Below, piece by piece: positions 20,992 to 31,212 of a stretch of DNA of 64,000 nucleotides. The stretch is taken from the NCBI GenBank assembly GCA_963662405.2, contig CAXXKT010000001.1, positions 1,088,001-1,152,000 on the forward strand, written 5' to 3'. The stretch is from Syntrophales bacterium (GTDB taxonomy: Bacteria > Desulfobacterota > Syntrophia > Syntrophales > UBA2210). Both the position numbers and the translations under genes were made by a program. The notes under the pieces are model-generated. The model was not told the origin of the DNA. It searched no databases and was given only the letters and a program-made list of their open reading frames with translations. Each line of letters starts with the position of its first letter. Position 1 is the stretch's first letter.

Positions 20992-22311
20992 GTGAATAGT
21001 CAAGGATCTTTTTCTCAGGAAAATTTAAACGAAATATTCAAAATTTCTCCCCAAAAACGTGATCGTGTCATTTCCCGTGAATCCAGATGCTTAGAGTTTA
21101 AAAAGTCTTTTGGTTGGATCAGTATTGCTAAATATCTGAAGACTTGCGCTGCGTTTGCTAACACTAAGGGTGGATATCTTGTTTTCGGGATATCAAATAG
21201 GCCCCATATTCTAATTGGATTAAAAGGAAAAAATCTTGAATCATTTGAAAACCTCGATCCTGAAAAAATGTCAAGGCATTTTAACGATCATTTTGCCCCA
21301 GAAATCGAGTGGGATATTCATCAATATGAACTCCATGGGAATGTTTTTGGGATACTTTATGTCCATGAATCACGTAATAAACCTGTTATTTGTTGTAAAA
21401 ACGAGGGAGAAGAATTGAAGGAAGGAGACATCTATTATCGTTATAGAGGACGCACTGAACGAATCAAATATCCCGAACTACGATTTATTCTTGAAGAAAA
21501 ACGTCAGCAAGAGCAAAAACTTTGGATGCAGCACCTTGCCAACATTTCCCGTATTGGTGTTAAAGAAGTAGGAGTTTTTGACCTTCATACAGGGCAAGTT
21601 ACGGGGTCCGGTGGATCGTTTCTGATCGATGAATCTCTTCTAAGCCAGTTGTCGTTTATAAAAGAAGGAGAGTTTTCAGAGGTAAAGGGAAAGCCCGCGC
21701 TAAAATTGATTGGTAACGTCCAAACACTTGAGAGTCTTCCTTCAAGTATCAATAAAAAGCAAATAGTCAAAACAAAGGGAATTAGAGTTGGCGACATTGT
21801 TAGTAGCTTTCTAAACCAAGATAAGGTTTTAGAACCACAGGAATTTTTTAAACAGATATGCTTTGAAGATACAGCTTTCTTGCCTTGTTATTATTATATC
21901 CGTCAGGCATCTCTTAGCAATGAAGATGCGAACGAAGTCCTTCAAGGAATTGTATCAAGATCGAAATCCAAAGCGAAACTCATAGAACGAATAAGGGAGG
22001 GTATGACTCAAAATCTGACCCTCCCTAAAGCTGACACGGCCACGACCAGAGAGAAACGAAACTATTTAGAACAACTAATGGGTCACTGTGTTGACCCCTC
22101 TCTTTCAGAAAAAAATCTCGAGTATTGTCTCCAAGCTATTCGTTGCCTTTCCATCGAGGATATTTCAAGCCATTCTAAATATTTGTGCGAATTATTGAAG
22201 ACATGGTTCAACAAATATTATGCTTCTGCCAGGGGCTCTTTAGCAGATAATCTCCGACGAGCGATATGCTGGGTTGATGAAGCTTTGTATAGGGAGAGTG
22301 TAAACCCTTAA
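20992..22311 (+). CDS. Schlafen/AlbA_2 domain protein with an uncharacterised C-terminal region
   Basis: ESRCLEFK (ExxxxExK), AAFANTKGGYLVFGI and YYRY motifs. Visibly more AT-rich than the flanking hsdM and hsdR. Confidence 0.85.
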   Translation: MNSQGSFSQENLNEIFKISPQKRDRVISRESRCLEFKKSFGWISIAKYLKTCAAFANTKGGYLVFGISNRPHILIGLKGKNLESFENLDPEKMSRHFNDHFAPEIEWDIHQYELHGNVFGILYVHESRNKPVICCKNEGEELKEGDIYYRYRGRTERIKYPELRFILEEKRQQEQKLWMQHLANISRIGVKEVGVFDLHTGQVTGSGGSFLIDESLLSQLSFIKEGEFSEVKGKPALKLIGNVQTLESLPSSINKKQIVKTKGIRVGDIVSSFLNQDKVLEPQEFFKQICFEDTAFLPCYYYIRQASLSNEDANEVLQGIVSRSKSKAKLIERIREGMTQNLTLPKADTATTREKRNYLEQLMGHCVDPSLSEKNLEYCLQAIRCLSIEDISSHSKYLCELLKTWFNKYYASARGSLADNLRRAICWVDEALYRESVNP

Positions 22312-22354
22312 ATTATATCATTATAAACAAAACCATATGGTCATGGGAGCGAAC

Positions 22355-25300
22355 ATGGACGGTTTCCGCTTCAACGAAAAATATCTCTCACAGATTCCGG
22401 CGCTGCAGTTGTTGATAAAACTGGGGTTTGAGTATCTGTCTCCCTCAAAGGCACTTGCCGCCCGCCAGGGAAAGACCGGAAATGTCCTGCTGGAAGGGAT
22501 ACTGGCGGACCAGCTCAAGCGGATCAACCGCATCCGGTACAAAGGACGCCACTTCCTCTTCAGCGAGGAGAATATACAGACGGCCGTCCAAAGGCTCAAG
22601 AACGTCAGATACGACGGACTGCTGAAGACCAACGAGGCGGTTTACGATCTCATGACCCTGGGGACGGCGCTTGAACAGACTATCGAAGGTGATTCCAAGA
22701 GCTTCAATCTCAATTATATCGACTGGCGCAACTATGAAAATAATGTATTCCACGTCACCGCCGAGTACAGCGTGGAACGGTCCCGCAGCACGGAAACCGC
22801 GCGTCCGGACATCGTCCTGTTCGTCAACGGCATTCCGCTGGCCGTCATCGAGTGCAAGTCTCCGAAAGTAGAGATCGAGCAGGCCGTATCACAGTCCATC
22901 CGTAACCAGGGCGACGAGTATATCCCCAGACTCTTTACCTTCGCCCAGCTCGTGATGGGGATCAATAAGAACGAGGCCCTATACGCCACGACCGGTTCCT
23001 CGGCAAAGTTCTGGAGTCTCTGGAAGGAACTGCGGGATCGCGATGAAGATATTTCGAGGCCCGTTCACGCAACCCTTACCGAGAGTCAGAACAAGGATCT
23101 CTTTCAGGGAGATTTTGCGTATTGCCGTTCCTTTTTCGATGCTCAGGAGGCGGAAGGCAACCGGCTTGTCACCGGGCAGGACAGGGCGCTCTACAGCCTG
23201 TGCCGGCCTGATCGGCTTCTGGAGATGGCCTTCAGGTTTACGGTCTTCGACGGCGGCATCAAGAAGATCGCCCACTACCAGCAGTATTTCGTCGTCAGAT
23301 CCACGCTGGAGAGGATCAAACAGCTCGACGGCGATGGGCGGCGCAAAGGTGGTATTATCTGGCACACACAGGGGTCGGGGAAATCTCTCTCCATGGTGAT
23401 GCTGACGAGGAATCTTGCCCTTGAGCCGGAGATCTCCAATCCGCGCATTGTCCTGGTGACGGATCGAGACGACCTGGACAGACAACTGAAAAATACCTTC
23501 GCGGCCTGCGGGCTCGAACCGAACCGGGCCACGTCGGGGAAGAACCTTCTCGAACTCATGATGGGAAAGGAAGCAAGCATTGTCACAACGTTGGTCCATA
23601 AATTCGATAAGGCTCTGAAACAGCGGAAGTATCAGGATGACTCGGCCGACATCTTCATGCTGGTTGACGAAAGTCACCGTTCCCATTTCGGTTCCTTTTC
23701 AGCACGAATGCGTCAGATGTTTCCCCGTGCCTGCTATCTCGGTTTTACCGGCACCCCGCTTCTGAAGAAAGAGAAGAACAGTTTCGTAAAGTTCGGCGGA
23801 CTGGTCGAACCGCACTATTCGATACAACAGGCGGTTGAGGACAAGGCCGTCGTCCCTCTGCTCTATGAGGGGCGCCATGTGGAGATGGAACAGAACAAGG
23901 AGGCCATCGATCTCTGGTTCGAACGCCATACGCAGGGTTTAACCCGGGAGCAGAAGGCTGATCTGAAGAGAAAGTATTCCCGTTCCGAAATGCTCAACAA
24001 GGCTGAACAGGTTATTTACATGCGGGCATTCGATATCAGTGAGCACTACCGCGAGACCTGGCAGGAGACGGGCTTCAAGGCGCAGCTTGTCGCGCCCAGC
24101 AAGGCCGCGGCCCTCCAGTACCATGAACATCTGAAAAATATCGGTTTTGTGACCTCCGAGGTGCTCATCTCCGCACCGGATGATCGCAAGGGGTATGAAG
24201 ACCCATACGAGGAACCGACGGACGAGGTGGTGAAATTCTGGAAGAAGATGATGAAACGCTTTGGCAAGGAAGTGGAATACAATAAGCAGATCATCAACCA
24301 GTTCAAGAACGGTTCGGAACCGGAGATCCTGATCGTGGTCAGCAAGCTGCTCACCGGCTTTGACGCGCCACGCGACGCGGTGATTTACCTCTGCAAGGAG
24401 CTCAAGGAGCACTCGCTTCTCCAGGCCATTGCCCGCGTGAACCGGGTATATGAAGACAAGGAGTACGGATACGTTGTCGATTACGTGGGCCTGCTGGGGG
24501 AACTGGACAAGGCCTTGACCATGTACAGCGCCTTTGAAACGTTCGATGAGGAAGATCTGAGAGGCGCGCTGACCTCGGTACATGCCGAGATAGAGAGACT
24601 GCCGCAACGGTATTCCGATCTCTGGGACATCTTCAAGGAAGTCAAGCACAGCTACGACGAAGAGTCCTATGAGGTCCTCCTCGCCGATAACGCCCCGCGG
24701 GAAGATTTCTACCAGCGCCTGGCCGAATATTCCAAGACACTGGCGATTGCCCTTTCGACGGAATCCTTCATTATGGCAATCGACGAGGATAAGCTATGGC
24801 GTTACAAGTCAGACCTCAAGCGCCTTCAGAACCTGAAGGCCTCCGTGAAATTGCGCTATGCGGAAGCGATCGACTACCGGGACTATGAACCGAAAATCAA
24901 AAAACTGCTCGATACGCATATCCAGGCCAACGAAGTCCTGCAGCTGAATGAACCGGTAAACATTTTCGATGAGGAAACATTCTCGGCGGTGAAAAAGGAT
25001 CTGGCTGTGTACGGGAAAAGTACGGCTGCCAAGGCGGATGCGATTGCCTACGCGACGCGAAAAGTGATTACGGAAAAGATGGGTGAAGACCCCGCTTTTT
25101 ATGAGAAGTTTTCCAGGTTGATCCAGCAGACGATCGATGACTTCCGGGCAAAACGACTGACTGATCTTGAATACCTGAACCGTGTCAAGGAGATACGGAA
25201 GAAGGTGGCAACCCGCCAACATGACGATATGCCTGCAAAACTTACAGGAAACGAGAACTCCATGGCCTATTATGGTGTTCTGAAGCCCTTCTTCACAGAA

Positions 25301-25552
25301 CAATCGCTCTCTCTGGAGGAGTGCGACGCCATTACTGCGGACACCGCACTGGCGATAGATTACATTATGGCTTGCCACTGGAAGGTACAGTTCTGGGATG
25401 ATGAGGATACCAAGAAACAGGTGATCAATGATATTGACGATTATCTCTTTGACGAAGTGAAGGGCCGAAGAGGGGTGGAAATCAGCCCTGATCAGATGGA
25501 CACCATGATCGAAAAGATCATGCAGGTGGCGGAAAGCAGGAGTGGGGCATGA
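22355..25552 (+). CDS. hsdR: Type I RM endonuclease subunit R
   Basis: RPDIVLFVNGIPLAVIECK nuclease motif, HTQGSGKS Walker A, DESHR, GFTGTP, LLTGFD, QAIARVNR. Alternative start at 22337. Confidence 0.96.
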   Translation: MDGFRFNEKYLSQIPALQLLIKLGFEYLSPSKALAARQGKTGNVLLEGILADQLKRINRIRYKGRHFLFSEENIQTAVQRLKNVRYDGLLKTNEAVYDLMTLGTALEQTIEGDSKSFNLNYIDWRNYENNVFHVTAEYSVERSRSTETARPDIVLFVNGIPLAVIECKSPKVEIEQAVSQSIRNQGDEYIPRLFTFAQLVMGINKNEALYATTGSSAKFWSLWKELRDRDEDISRPVHATLTESQNKDLFQGDFAYCRSFFDAQEAEGNRLVTGQDRALYSLCRPDRLLEMAFRFTVFDGGIKKIAHYQQYFVVRSTLERIKQLDGDGRRKGGIIWHTQGSGKSLSMVMLTRNLALEPEISNPRIVLVTDRDDLDRQLKNTFAACGLEPNRATSGKNLLELMMGKEASIVTTLVHKFDKALKQRKYQDDSADIFMLVDESHRSHFGSFSARMRQMFPRACYLGFTGTPLLKKEKNSFVKFGGLVEPHYSIQQAVEDKAVVPLLYEGRHVEMEQNKEAIDLWFERHTQGLTREQKADLKRKYSRSEMLNKAEQVIYMRAFDISEHYRETWQETGFKAQLVAPSKAAALQYHEHLKNIGFVTSEVLISAPDDRKGYEDPYEEPTDEVVKFWKKMMKRFGKEVEYNKQIINQFKNGSEPEILIVVSKLLTGFDAPRDAVIYLCKELKEHSLLQAIARVNRVYEDKEYGYVVDYVGLLGELDKALTMYSAFETFDEEDLRGALTSVHAEIERLPQRYSDLWDIFKEVKHSYDEESYEVLLADNAPREDFYQRLAEYSKTLAIALSTESFIMAIDEDKLWRYKSDLKRLQNLKASVKLRYAEAIDYRDYEPKIKKLLDTHIQANEVLQLNEPVNIFDEETFSAVKKDLAVYGKSTAAKADAIAYATRKVITEKMGEDPAFYEKFSRLIQQTIDDFRAKRLTDLEYLNRVKEIRKKVATRQHDDMPAKLTGNENSMAYYGVLKPFFTEQSLSLEECDAITADTALAIDYIMACHWKVQFWDDEDTKKQVINDIDDYLFDEVKGRRGVEISPDQMDTMIEKIMQVAESRSGA

Positions 25553-26262
25553 AACAATTCTCCGGCACCATCGCCTACGGGAGAGAGAAGATAGAATTCA
25601 GTTTTTTCCATGTTGAGCGAAAAACCATGGAAATCTCTGTCCATCCCGACCAGCGTGTGGTTGTCAAAGTCCCCTTCGAAATCGATATAGAAGAAATCAA
25701 AAAAAAGATATCCAAACGTGCCCGCTGGATATTGAAACAGCAGGCTTTCTTCCGCCAATTTGACCCGAGAACTCCGGAACGACGATATGTCGGAGGAGAG
25801 ACACACCTGTACCTGGGAAAACAGTATCGACTCAAGATCAACAGCGGGAAAGATGCCACGGTGAAACTGAAAAAAGGATTTTTCGAAATCCGGGTGCAGG
25901 GGGAGATCTCTTCCGAGAAGGTCAAGAGGCTGATCGACAAGTGGTACAAGGAGAAAGCAAAGACGAGATTTTCAGAAAGTCTTGATCGATGCTGGGTTTA
26001 TTTCGACAAATTTTCTTCCACAAAACCAAAGATACAGATTAAACGGATGCGAAAGCGCTGGGGGAGTTTGTCAGTCACGGGCATGTTGACCCTGAACATC
26101 GATTTGATCCGAGCCCCCAGAGACTGTATTGATTATGTTGTTATTCACGAATTGAACCATCTTCAGCACAGAAATCATACCCCGGAGTTTTACCGGTTTC
26201 TTGAGCAGATACTGCCTGACTGGGAAAAAAGAAAACACAGGCTGGAAATCTCGTTGGCTTGA
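25549..26262 (+). CDS. YgjP/DUF45 (M48-like) metal-dependent hydrolase typical of type I RM loci
   Basis: RWGS and IDYVVIHELNHL (HExxH) motifs; ATGA overlap with hsdR. Confidence 0.9.
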   Translation: MKQFSGTIAYGREKIEFSFFHVERKTMEISVHPDQRVVVKVPFEIDIEEIKKKISKRARWILKQQAFFRQFDPRTPERRYVGGETHLYLGKQYRLKINSGKDATVKLKKGFFEIRVQGEISSEKVKRLIDKWYKEKAKTRFSESLDRCWVYFDKFSSTKPKIQIKRMRKRWGSLSVTGMLTLNIDLIRAPRDCIDYVVIHELNHLQHRNHTPEFYRFLEQILPDWEKRKHRLEISLA

Positions 26263-26381
26263 TTTTGTTAGTGTTGTGCCGTCAAATTGTATGCTGGAAA
26301 TTTAGAAACAAAGAGAAAGAAACTTGCAAAGCCTCTGGTAGCCTATCCGGGGACACAGGTCTTCCAAAAACTTTTGCCAAG

Positions 26382-26642
26382 GCGGCGTTCAAAATACTGA
26401 AAAGCTCCGAGACGGATATTTTTTATCTGATATAAAAAAGGGATGCCGAACCGAAAAATCGGCTAGCATCCCCGCTATCCTTGAACGTCCGGCGGATTCT
26501 TTTAACCGATATAGATCTCCTGCTCTTTGCGCATGTGAGCGAGCCACCGTTCATGGTGGTTGGCCCGCGCCTTGAAATATTCCAGAATTTCCGGATGGGG
26601 CAGAATAAAGAACTCCTCTTTTTCCAGCGCGTCCACCACATA
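26382..26642. repeat. Direct repeat copy A (261 bp): displaced 3' end and terminator of the SDR gene
   Basis: Aligns without gaps to 31213-31473; 9 mismatches by manual count. Confidence 0.95.
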
Positions 26643-27393
26643 CTCGGAGCATCTGCTGTAAAATCCTGCCCAAGAAGGTTTTCGGCTATCGGCAAATTGT
26701 GCTTTGAATCCGTGGTAATCTTAAATCTGCGCTTTGTCTTTGCCATTATTCCGTTCTCTCGCATAAGACGGGCAACACGGTTCTTACCGCACCTGATGCC
26801 TCGTGCACGCAATTGGGCGGTAATTCTGGGGCTACCATAGGCCTTGCGACTCTTTCCATGGACCAGCCTGATCGTAAAAACAAGACTCTCGTTTTCCTCG
26901 TCTCTCATGCTCTTGCGACGCCTCTTCCATGCGTAATAACTGCTCCGGCCTATATGCAATATCCGGCACATCTTTCCCACTCGATATGCGGAGCGGTATT
27001 TGTCAATGAACTGATATTTCATCGAGGGTGTTTTGAAAAGATGGCCAACGCTTTTTTTAATATGTCTCGCTCCTCCGTCACATCGGCCAGCGTCTTCTTT
27101 AACTTTCGCATCTCATCTCCTTCGGGTTTCATACGCCCTTTACCAGGAAATGCATCCTCAATGTCTTCCAGACACTCTCGCTTCCATCGGTGTATCGCAT
27201 TAGGGTGGATATCTAAATCCCGCACTACTTCTAAAAAACCTTCCGTCCTCTTCCTGTAACTAAATGGACTACTTCCTTCTTGAATTCTTTGTCAAAACTT
27301 CTCCGCTCTCTCTTATTTCCCACTGCACACCTCCAAGTCCTTCTTCCTTTATCTCTACCGTTTCGGTGTGTCCATCATTTTGGGGGAACTTCA
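26643..27393 (-). mobile_element. Truncated IS3-family element (left end, frameshifted orfA, orfB cut before the DDE core)
   Basis: End sequence TGAAGTTCCCCCAAAATGATGGACAC at 27393. orfA starts at GTG 27323 (RRSFDKEFKKE...ERDILKKA) with an extra base in the run at 27233-27238. A7G slippery site and ATGA orfA/orfB overlap. orfB has YGSPRI and RVARLMR and breaks off after FTADAP. Confidence 0.9.
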
Positions 27394-27469
27394 AAATGCA
27401 AGAAGAAAAATCCAAAAAAACCGGGGAGTATCCATCATTTGCTTCCCAATTTCCTGTCTACCGTCTTCC

Positions 27470-29401
27470 TTATTCCGCTCTGTTATTCAGCAGCAGCAGG
27501 GGGAGGAATGGCAAATTGCGATGGCTACTACTCGCCTCATTCACCGCCCAGATCTCCACGTCGTCAATATTCCAGCCGCAGTATCGCACCAATGAGTCCG
27601 TGGTGCCCATTGTCCAGCGGAGGTATACCGTCGCCTGTCCGTCGGCAATATCGGAAATATCGAATTCCTGGATTTTCCATGAGGAGTCAGTGACAGATGT
27701 GGCGTTCTCCCAGACAGTGCTCCAGGTGCTTCCATCATTACTCACGCGTACATATGCATGATCATACAAAGGCGACTCAACCCCCAGCCATCGCAAGAAC
27801 TTTAACGTGACCTGCGACATTTCCCTGCAATCGATGGCCCCGGTTGTCAGGCGCCGCTCAGGGAGATCATTCTCGTAGTCACCCGACAGGTTATATCCGT
27901 AGACATTATCCCCCGTGCATCCGCTTGTCGGATCCGGATTGCCGTACTGCCCTCCGCTCCCCATTGGCTGGCCCCACTCCCACAGGCCTTCGGTGTTCCA
28001 CCCCGGGTCACTGTCCATATTCCAGGCATATCGAAGCGTCAATATTCCCACCGTGAGCGTTACCTCACGGGTGGTATCACCTTCGTGATCGGTTGTGTTT
28101 GTAAAGGTCACCGTATCTGTGTAACTGCCATTCGCAAGCGAGTCGGCATTTGAATTAATCGAAACGGTGACATCTGTCGTGGCGTGACCTGCCAGAGTGC
28201 CCCCCGAGCTACTCAGCGACACCCAGGGTTCGCCCTTGCTCACGGTATAGTCGATCGCACCAGCTGTCCGATTCTCAAGCGTGTAAACGATACCGGCGGG
28301 ACTGAAGGGCCCACCCGCATTTCCGATGGAGGAGAGACCATCGCCCGGGAAGACGGTCAATCCCGGGGCCGGGTCAAGCCTCAACACGGTGACTCCATAA
28401 TGGGTCATCCCTGCATACACGCCGCCCCAAAACATTGAATGGTCTGAGTAATCCCAGGTGTCATGGATATAGACAATCGATCCGTCATCGTGATAGCCGT
28501 ACCCAAGCATCGTGTGGCCTGTGACTTGTATCAGCACGGGACGGCCCGCATCGATTTCATCCTTAAAATCGGTGAAAGTAAACCCCTGGGTGTTTTCATT
28601 ATAGCCATAAATGTACTGAGAGAAATTTGTGACAACCGTATATCCCCGCGACTCGGCAAAATCCCTCAGGCCGTGGCAACCGTCACGGTATTCAGGCTCA
28701 CTGCCGGTATAATCATAAAGTGGTGTGCCATCTCTGTAATTGTAAAATATCGTGGAACCGTCCGTATTTTCAAGCAAAGACTGGTTGGTGCCCATATAAT
28801 CACCGGTGCAGTCCCCATAGGCATGTTCCGTCCAATTACCGATAAAGGGATCGGAACCTTCGCTTCCATACTTGATCCAGTAGTCATCGACGTGTCCCTT
28901 GGTTGCCCGGCCATCAAGGCCTTGACGGGTGGCGCTGAGGGGGCACAGGGCCCGTGTCTCGCCGTTAATGTCCACGGTTCCCCATGTCTCGTTCGTCATG
29001 GGGAACACACCGCCATTGGTAGGACCGGTGTACATATTCGTGTAACCTTCATTGTCGTAATGACCGTACATCATGGCGGCGGATGTGGCCGAACATCCAA
29101 AGCACCACGTCATAGCAGGGACGTTGGGAATGGTGTTTATGCCGGCTTCGATATCGGGTTCGGGGACCCTGACAACCCGTGGGCTGAACCCCTCGGGAGG
29201 CTCGGGACGGCTCGGGACGATGACCATGTCTATCTCTTTCCCGTTCTCGATAAACCGGTCTGCGACGTATGGATTCGTCGAGCGAATACCGTATTGATTA
29301 AGAGGGATAGCTGTTTCATCTGAAATTGCCGGAACGGTGAATAAGAGACATGTCAGTACAAAAACTGCACAACAGAGAAATGTCCTTACCGTCTTAGACA
29401 T
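27470..29401 (-). CDS. Secreted C39-like cysteine peptidase with BACON/Ig-like and beta-sandwich domains
   Basis: Signal peptide; Cys in GCSATSAAM, EIDAGRPVLI, His in GHTMLGYGY, Asp in HDTWD; PWVSLS..GTL BACON-like segment; GWNIDDV; hydrophobic tail LPFLPLLLL. Confidence 0.75.
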   Translation of the reverse strand: MSKTVRTFLCCAVFVLTCLLFTVPAISDETAIPLNQYGIRSTNPYVADRFIENGKEIDMVIVPSRPEPPEGFSPRVVRVPEPDIEAGINTIPNVPAMTWCFGCSATSAAMMYGHYDNEGYTNMYTGPTNGGVFPMTNETWGTVDINGETRALCPLSATRQGLDGRATKGHVDDYWIKYGSEGSDPFIGNWTEHAYGDCTGDYMGTNQSLLENTDGSTIFYNYRDGTPLYDYTGSEPEYRDGCHGLRDFAESRGYTVVTNFSQYIYGYNENTQGFTFTDFKDEIDAGRPVLIQVTGHTMLGYGYHDDGSIVYIHDTWDYSDHSMFWGGVYAGMTHYGVTVLRLDPAPGLTVFPGDGLSSIGNAGGPFSPAGIVYTLENRTAGAIDYTVSKGEPWVSLSSSGGTLAGHATTDVTVSINSNADSLANGSYTDTVTFTNTTDHEGDTTREVTLTVGILTLRYAWNMDSDPGWNTEGLWEWGQPMGSGGQYGNPDPTSGCTGDNVYGYNLSGDYENDLPERRLTTGAIDCREMSQVTLKFLRWLGVESPLYDHAYVRVSNDGSTWSTVWENATSVTDSSWKIQEFDISDIADGQATVYLRWTMGTTDSLVRYCGWNIDDVEIWAVNEASSSHRNLPFLPLLLLNNRAE

Positions 29402-30081
29402 TATTCGTCCTTCCCGGAATGTGAGTTGACGAACGCTTCGATTACATTGATGAACGTCTCCTCAGATCCCACATACGGTTGCATATCGGGAGCAAAACCA
29501 AAATAAAGTGCCTTAATCCCACCACCTTCTATAAGAAACTCACAGAGGTGCTTATCGAATGTGCCGGAGCCCAGAGGCCTGTATTGATCGGTTCCTGCAA
29601 CATGTGCAAGCAACACAATTACTCTGGAACCTTGCTGGTATCTTCCGTGGTATCTTCTCGGCCCAACTGTCACGCCGATGATTGGTGTTGCTGATTTCCC
29701 TTTGTCGCTCGGCCCGGAATCAACCAAGGAAGAATGAAAAGTCGGATAGGTTTCTTGAATTGTCAACACCTTACCAAAAGCGTCTCCCTTTAATAACTTT
29801 TTTATCCTCAGGGACGCAGCTATTGAAGTACTTCTTTCCTTCCCGTCGATAATTTCGGTTTCCTTCACATGCAGTATCTCTCCTGCAATAATGATGTCAG
29901 CTTCTGAAACAAGCTCTCTCAATTGCACGAGATCCAGCGGTGCCGGAGGAGGTTGCATCGCATACCCCGGCTGAGCAATATACAGGATCAGGCAGGCTGA
30001 TACTGCCACCCTTGCCCATGTCGTCGTTCTGTTGTGTGTAGATTCACAGAATAAATTCGGGGACATCATAGCTATTTCCAT
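29401..30081 (-). CDS. Exported hypothetical protein, possibly TIMP/NTR-like OB fold
   Basis: Signal-like N-terminus; ADIIIAGEI...IKKLLKG...GSRVIVLL pattern; TAATG overlap with the peptidase start. Confidence 0.6.
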   Translation of the reverse strand: MEIAMMSPNLFCESTHNRTTTWARVAVSACLILYIAQPGYAMQPPPAPLDLVQLRELVSEADIIIAGEILHVKETEIIDGKERSTSIAASLRIKKLLKGDAFGKVLTIQETYPTFHSSLVDSGPSDKGKSATPIIGVTVGPRRYHGRYQQGSRVIVLLAHVAGTDQYRPLGSGTFDKHLCEFLIEGGGIKALYFGFAPDMQPYVGSEETFINVIEAFVNSHSGKDE

Positions 30082-30314
30082 TCAATCAGGGTGAATTGCC
30101 GTGGCGCTATCTATAAACAGTCAAACCCTTATTCCTCCTTTAATCCAGGTTCACTACAAAAGACAACGGCCTCATCTCTCTTTTGAGAAACGAAGCTTTG
30201 ATGATCAGATCATCATACCCCTTGGCTACAGCCGTTCACAAGCAGAACAAAAGTTAAGATCAAAACATTTCTTCAGCTAACTCTTCAACAGGCAATCGAA
30301 AGCCTGCTTTTTCC

Positions 30315-31212
30315 CTATGTCATATTTTTGAAGAAAAGTCGATCCCGGATACCGGCAGGGTAACGGAGGCGGCATGCGCCACGGATTCCTTTACGGCGCG
30401 GTGAATGATGGATAATTCGGGGGGGCTGGATGACCTCTCTCAATTCAAAGTTATCGCTGGGATCAAATATTGATCTCTTTTTAACGTAACGCCACTCCAT
30501 CATGAACTTGTCCATAAGATAGAGCGGACCTATGCAGAAATCCTGGTTCATCACCTTAAGGTAAACGCGGAGTTTCACCTCTTGAATATTTTCGGTATGC
30601 GCACCGCCGAGGGCATACCCCATCGGTCCATTAAATGAATAGTCCTGCCGCCTGAAACTTCGATTTCGTAAACGATGGATGGATCAAGGAAACTGTTGAA
30701 GAAGGAATCTGCATCAGATTGATCCATGATGAAACCGGCAAGCGTTCCTGCTCCGTCTGCGAGTCCATCAAGACCAAAAATAAAAGGATCCTCCACACCG
30801 AACAGTTCACTGCTGATACTGACGTAGCACCAGTTGTGACCGCTGAGATTCAGGAAAACGCTGGAAAAAATCGGCGGCCGTCCCGTCAGTAGAGTAAAAT
30901 ATGCTCCCGGCGAAATCGAAGACGCCGAAAGCGGTGGTTGTCTTGTAGCCATCCGTCCAGTAGGTACCCGGAACCTCGTCGACCCTGTTCCAGGCGGATG
31001 TGGTCCAGTTGCCAAGTGAATCATCCGCTTCGGTAATCTCTGGCAGGTTAAAGGTACCCACGTCTTGTGTCGGAGAGTTCACCGTGATCTGGCCACCAAC
31101 CGGGGCGTAACCGTCTTTTGAGCAGACGATGCGGTACGATGATCCGCCGGGTAGTACGTAGGGAAAATAATAGGGACAACTCCCATTTACTCGAATTGAT
31201 CGTCCTGCCGGC
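30315..31212 (-). pseudogene. 5'-truncated, twice-frameshifted surface-protein gene with a carboxypeptidase-regulatory-like segment
   Basis: Three overlapping ORF pieces join at homopolymer runs (near 30865-30870 and near 30620). SYRIVCSKDGY motif. Cut at repeat copy B. Confidence 0.55.

Noticed and set aside
26423..27022. 199-aa ORF as an intact IS3 transposase
   Set aside because: It is a chimera: orfB ends after FTADAP and runs out of frame into the SDR repeat, so there is no DDE core.
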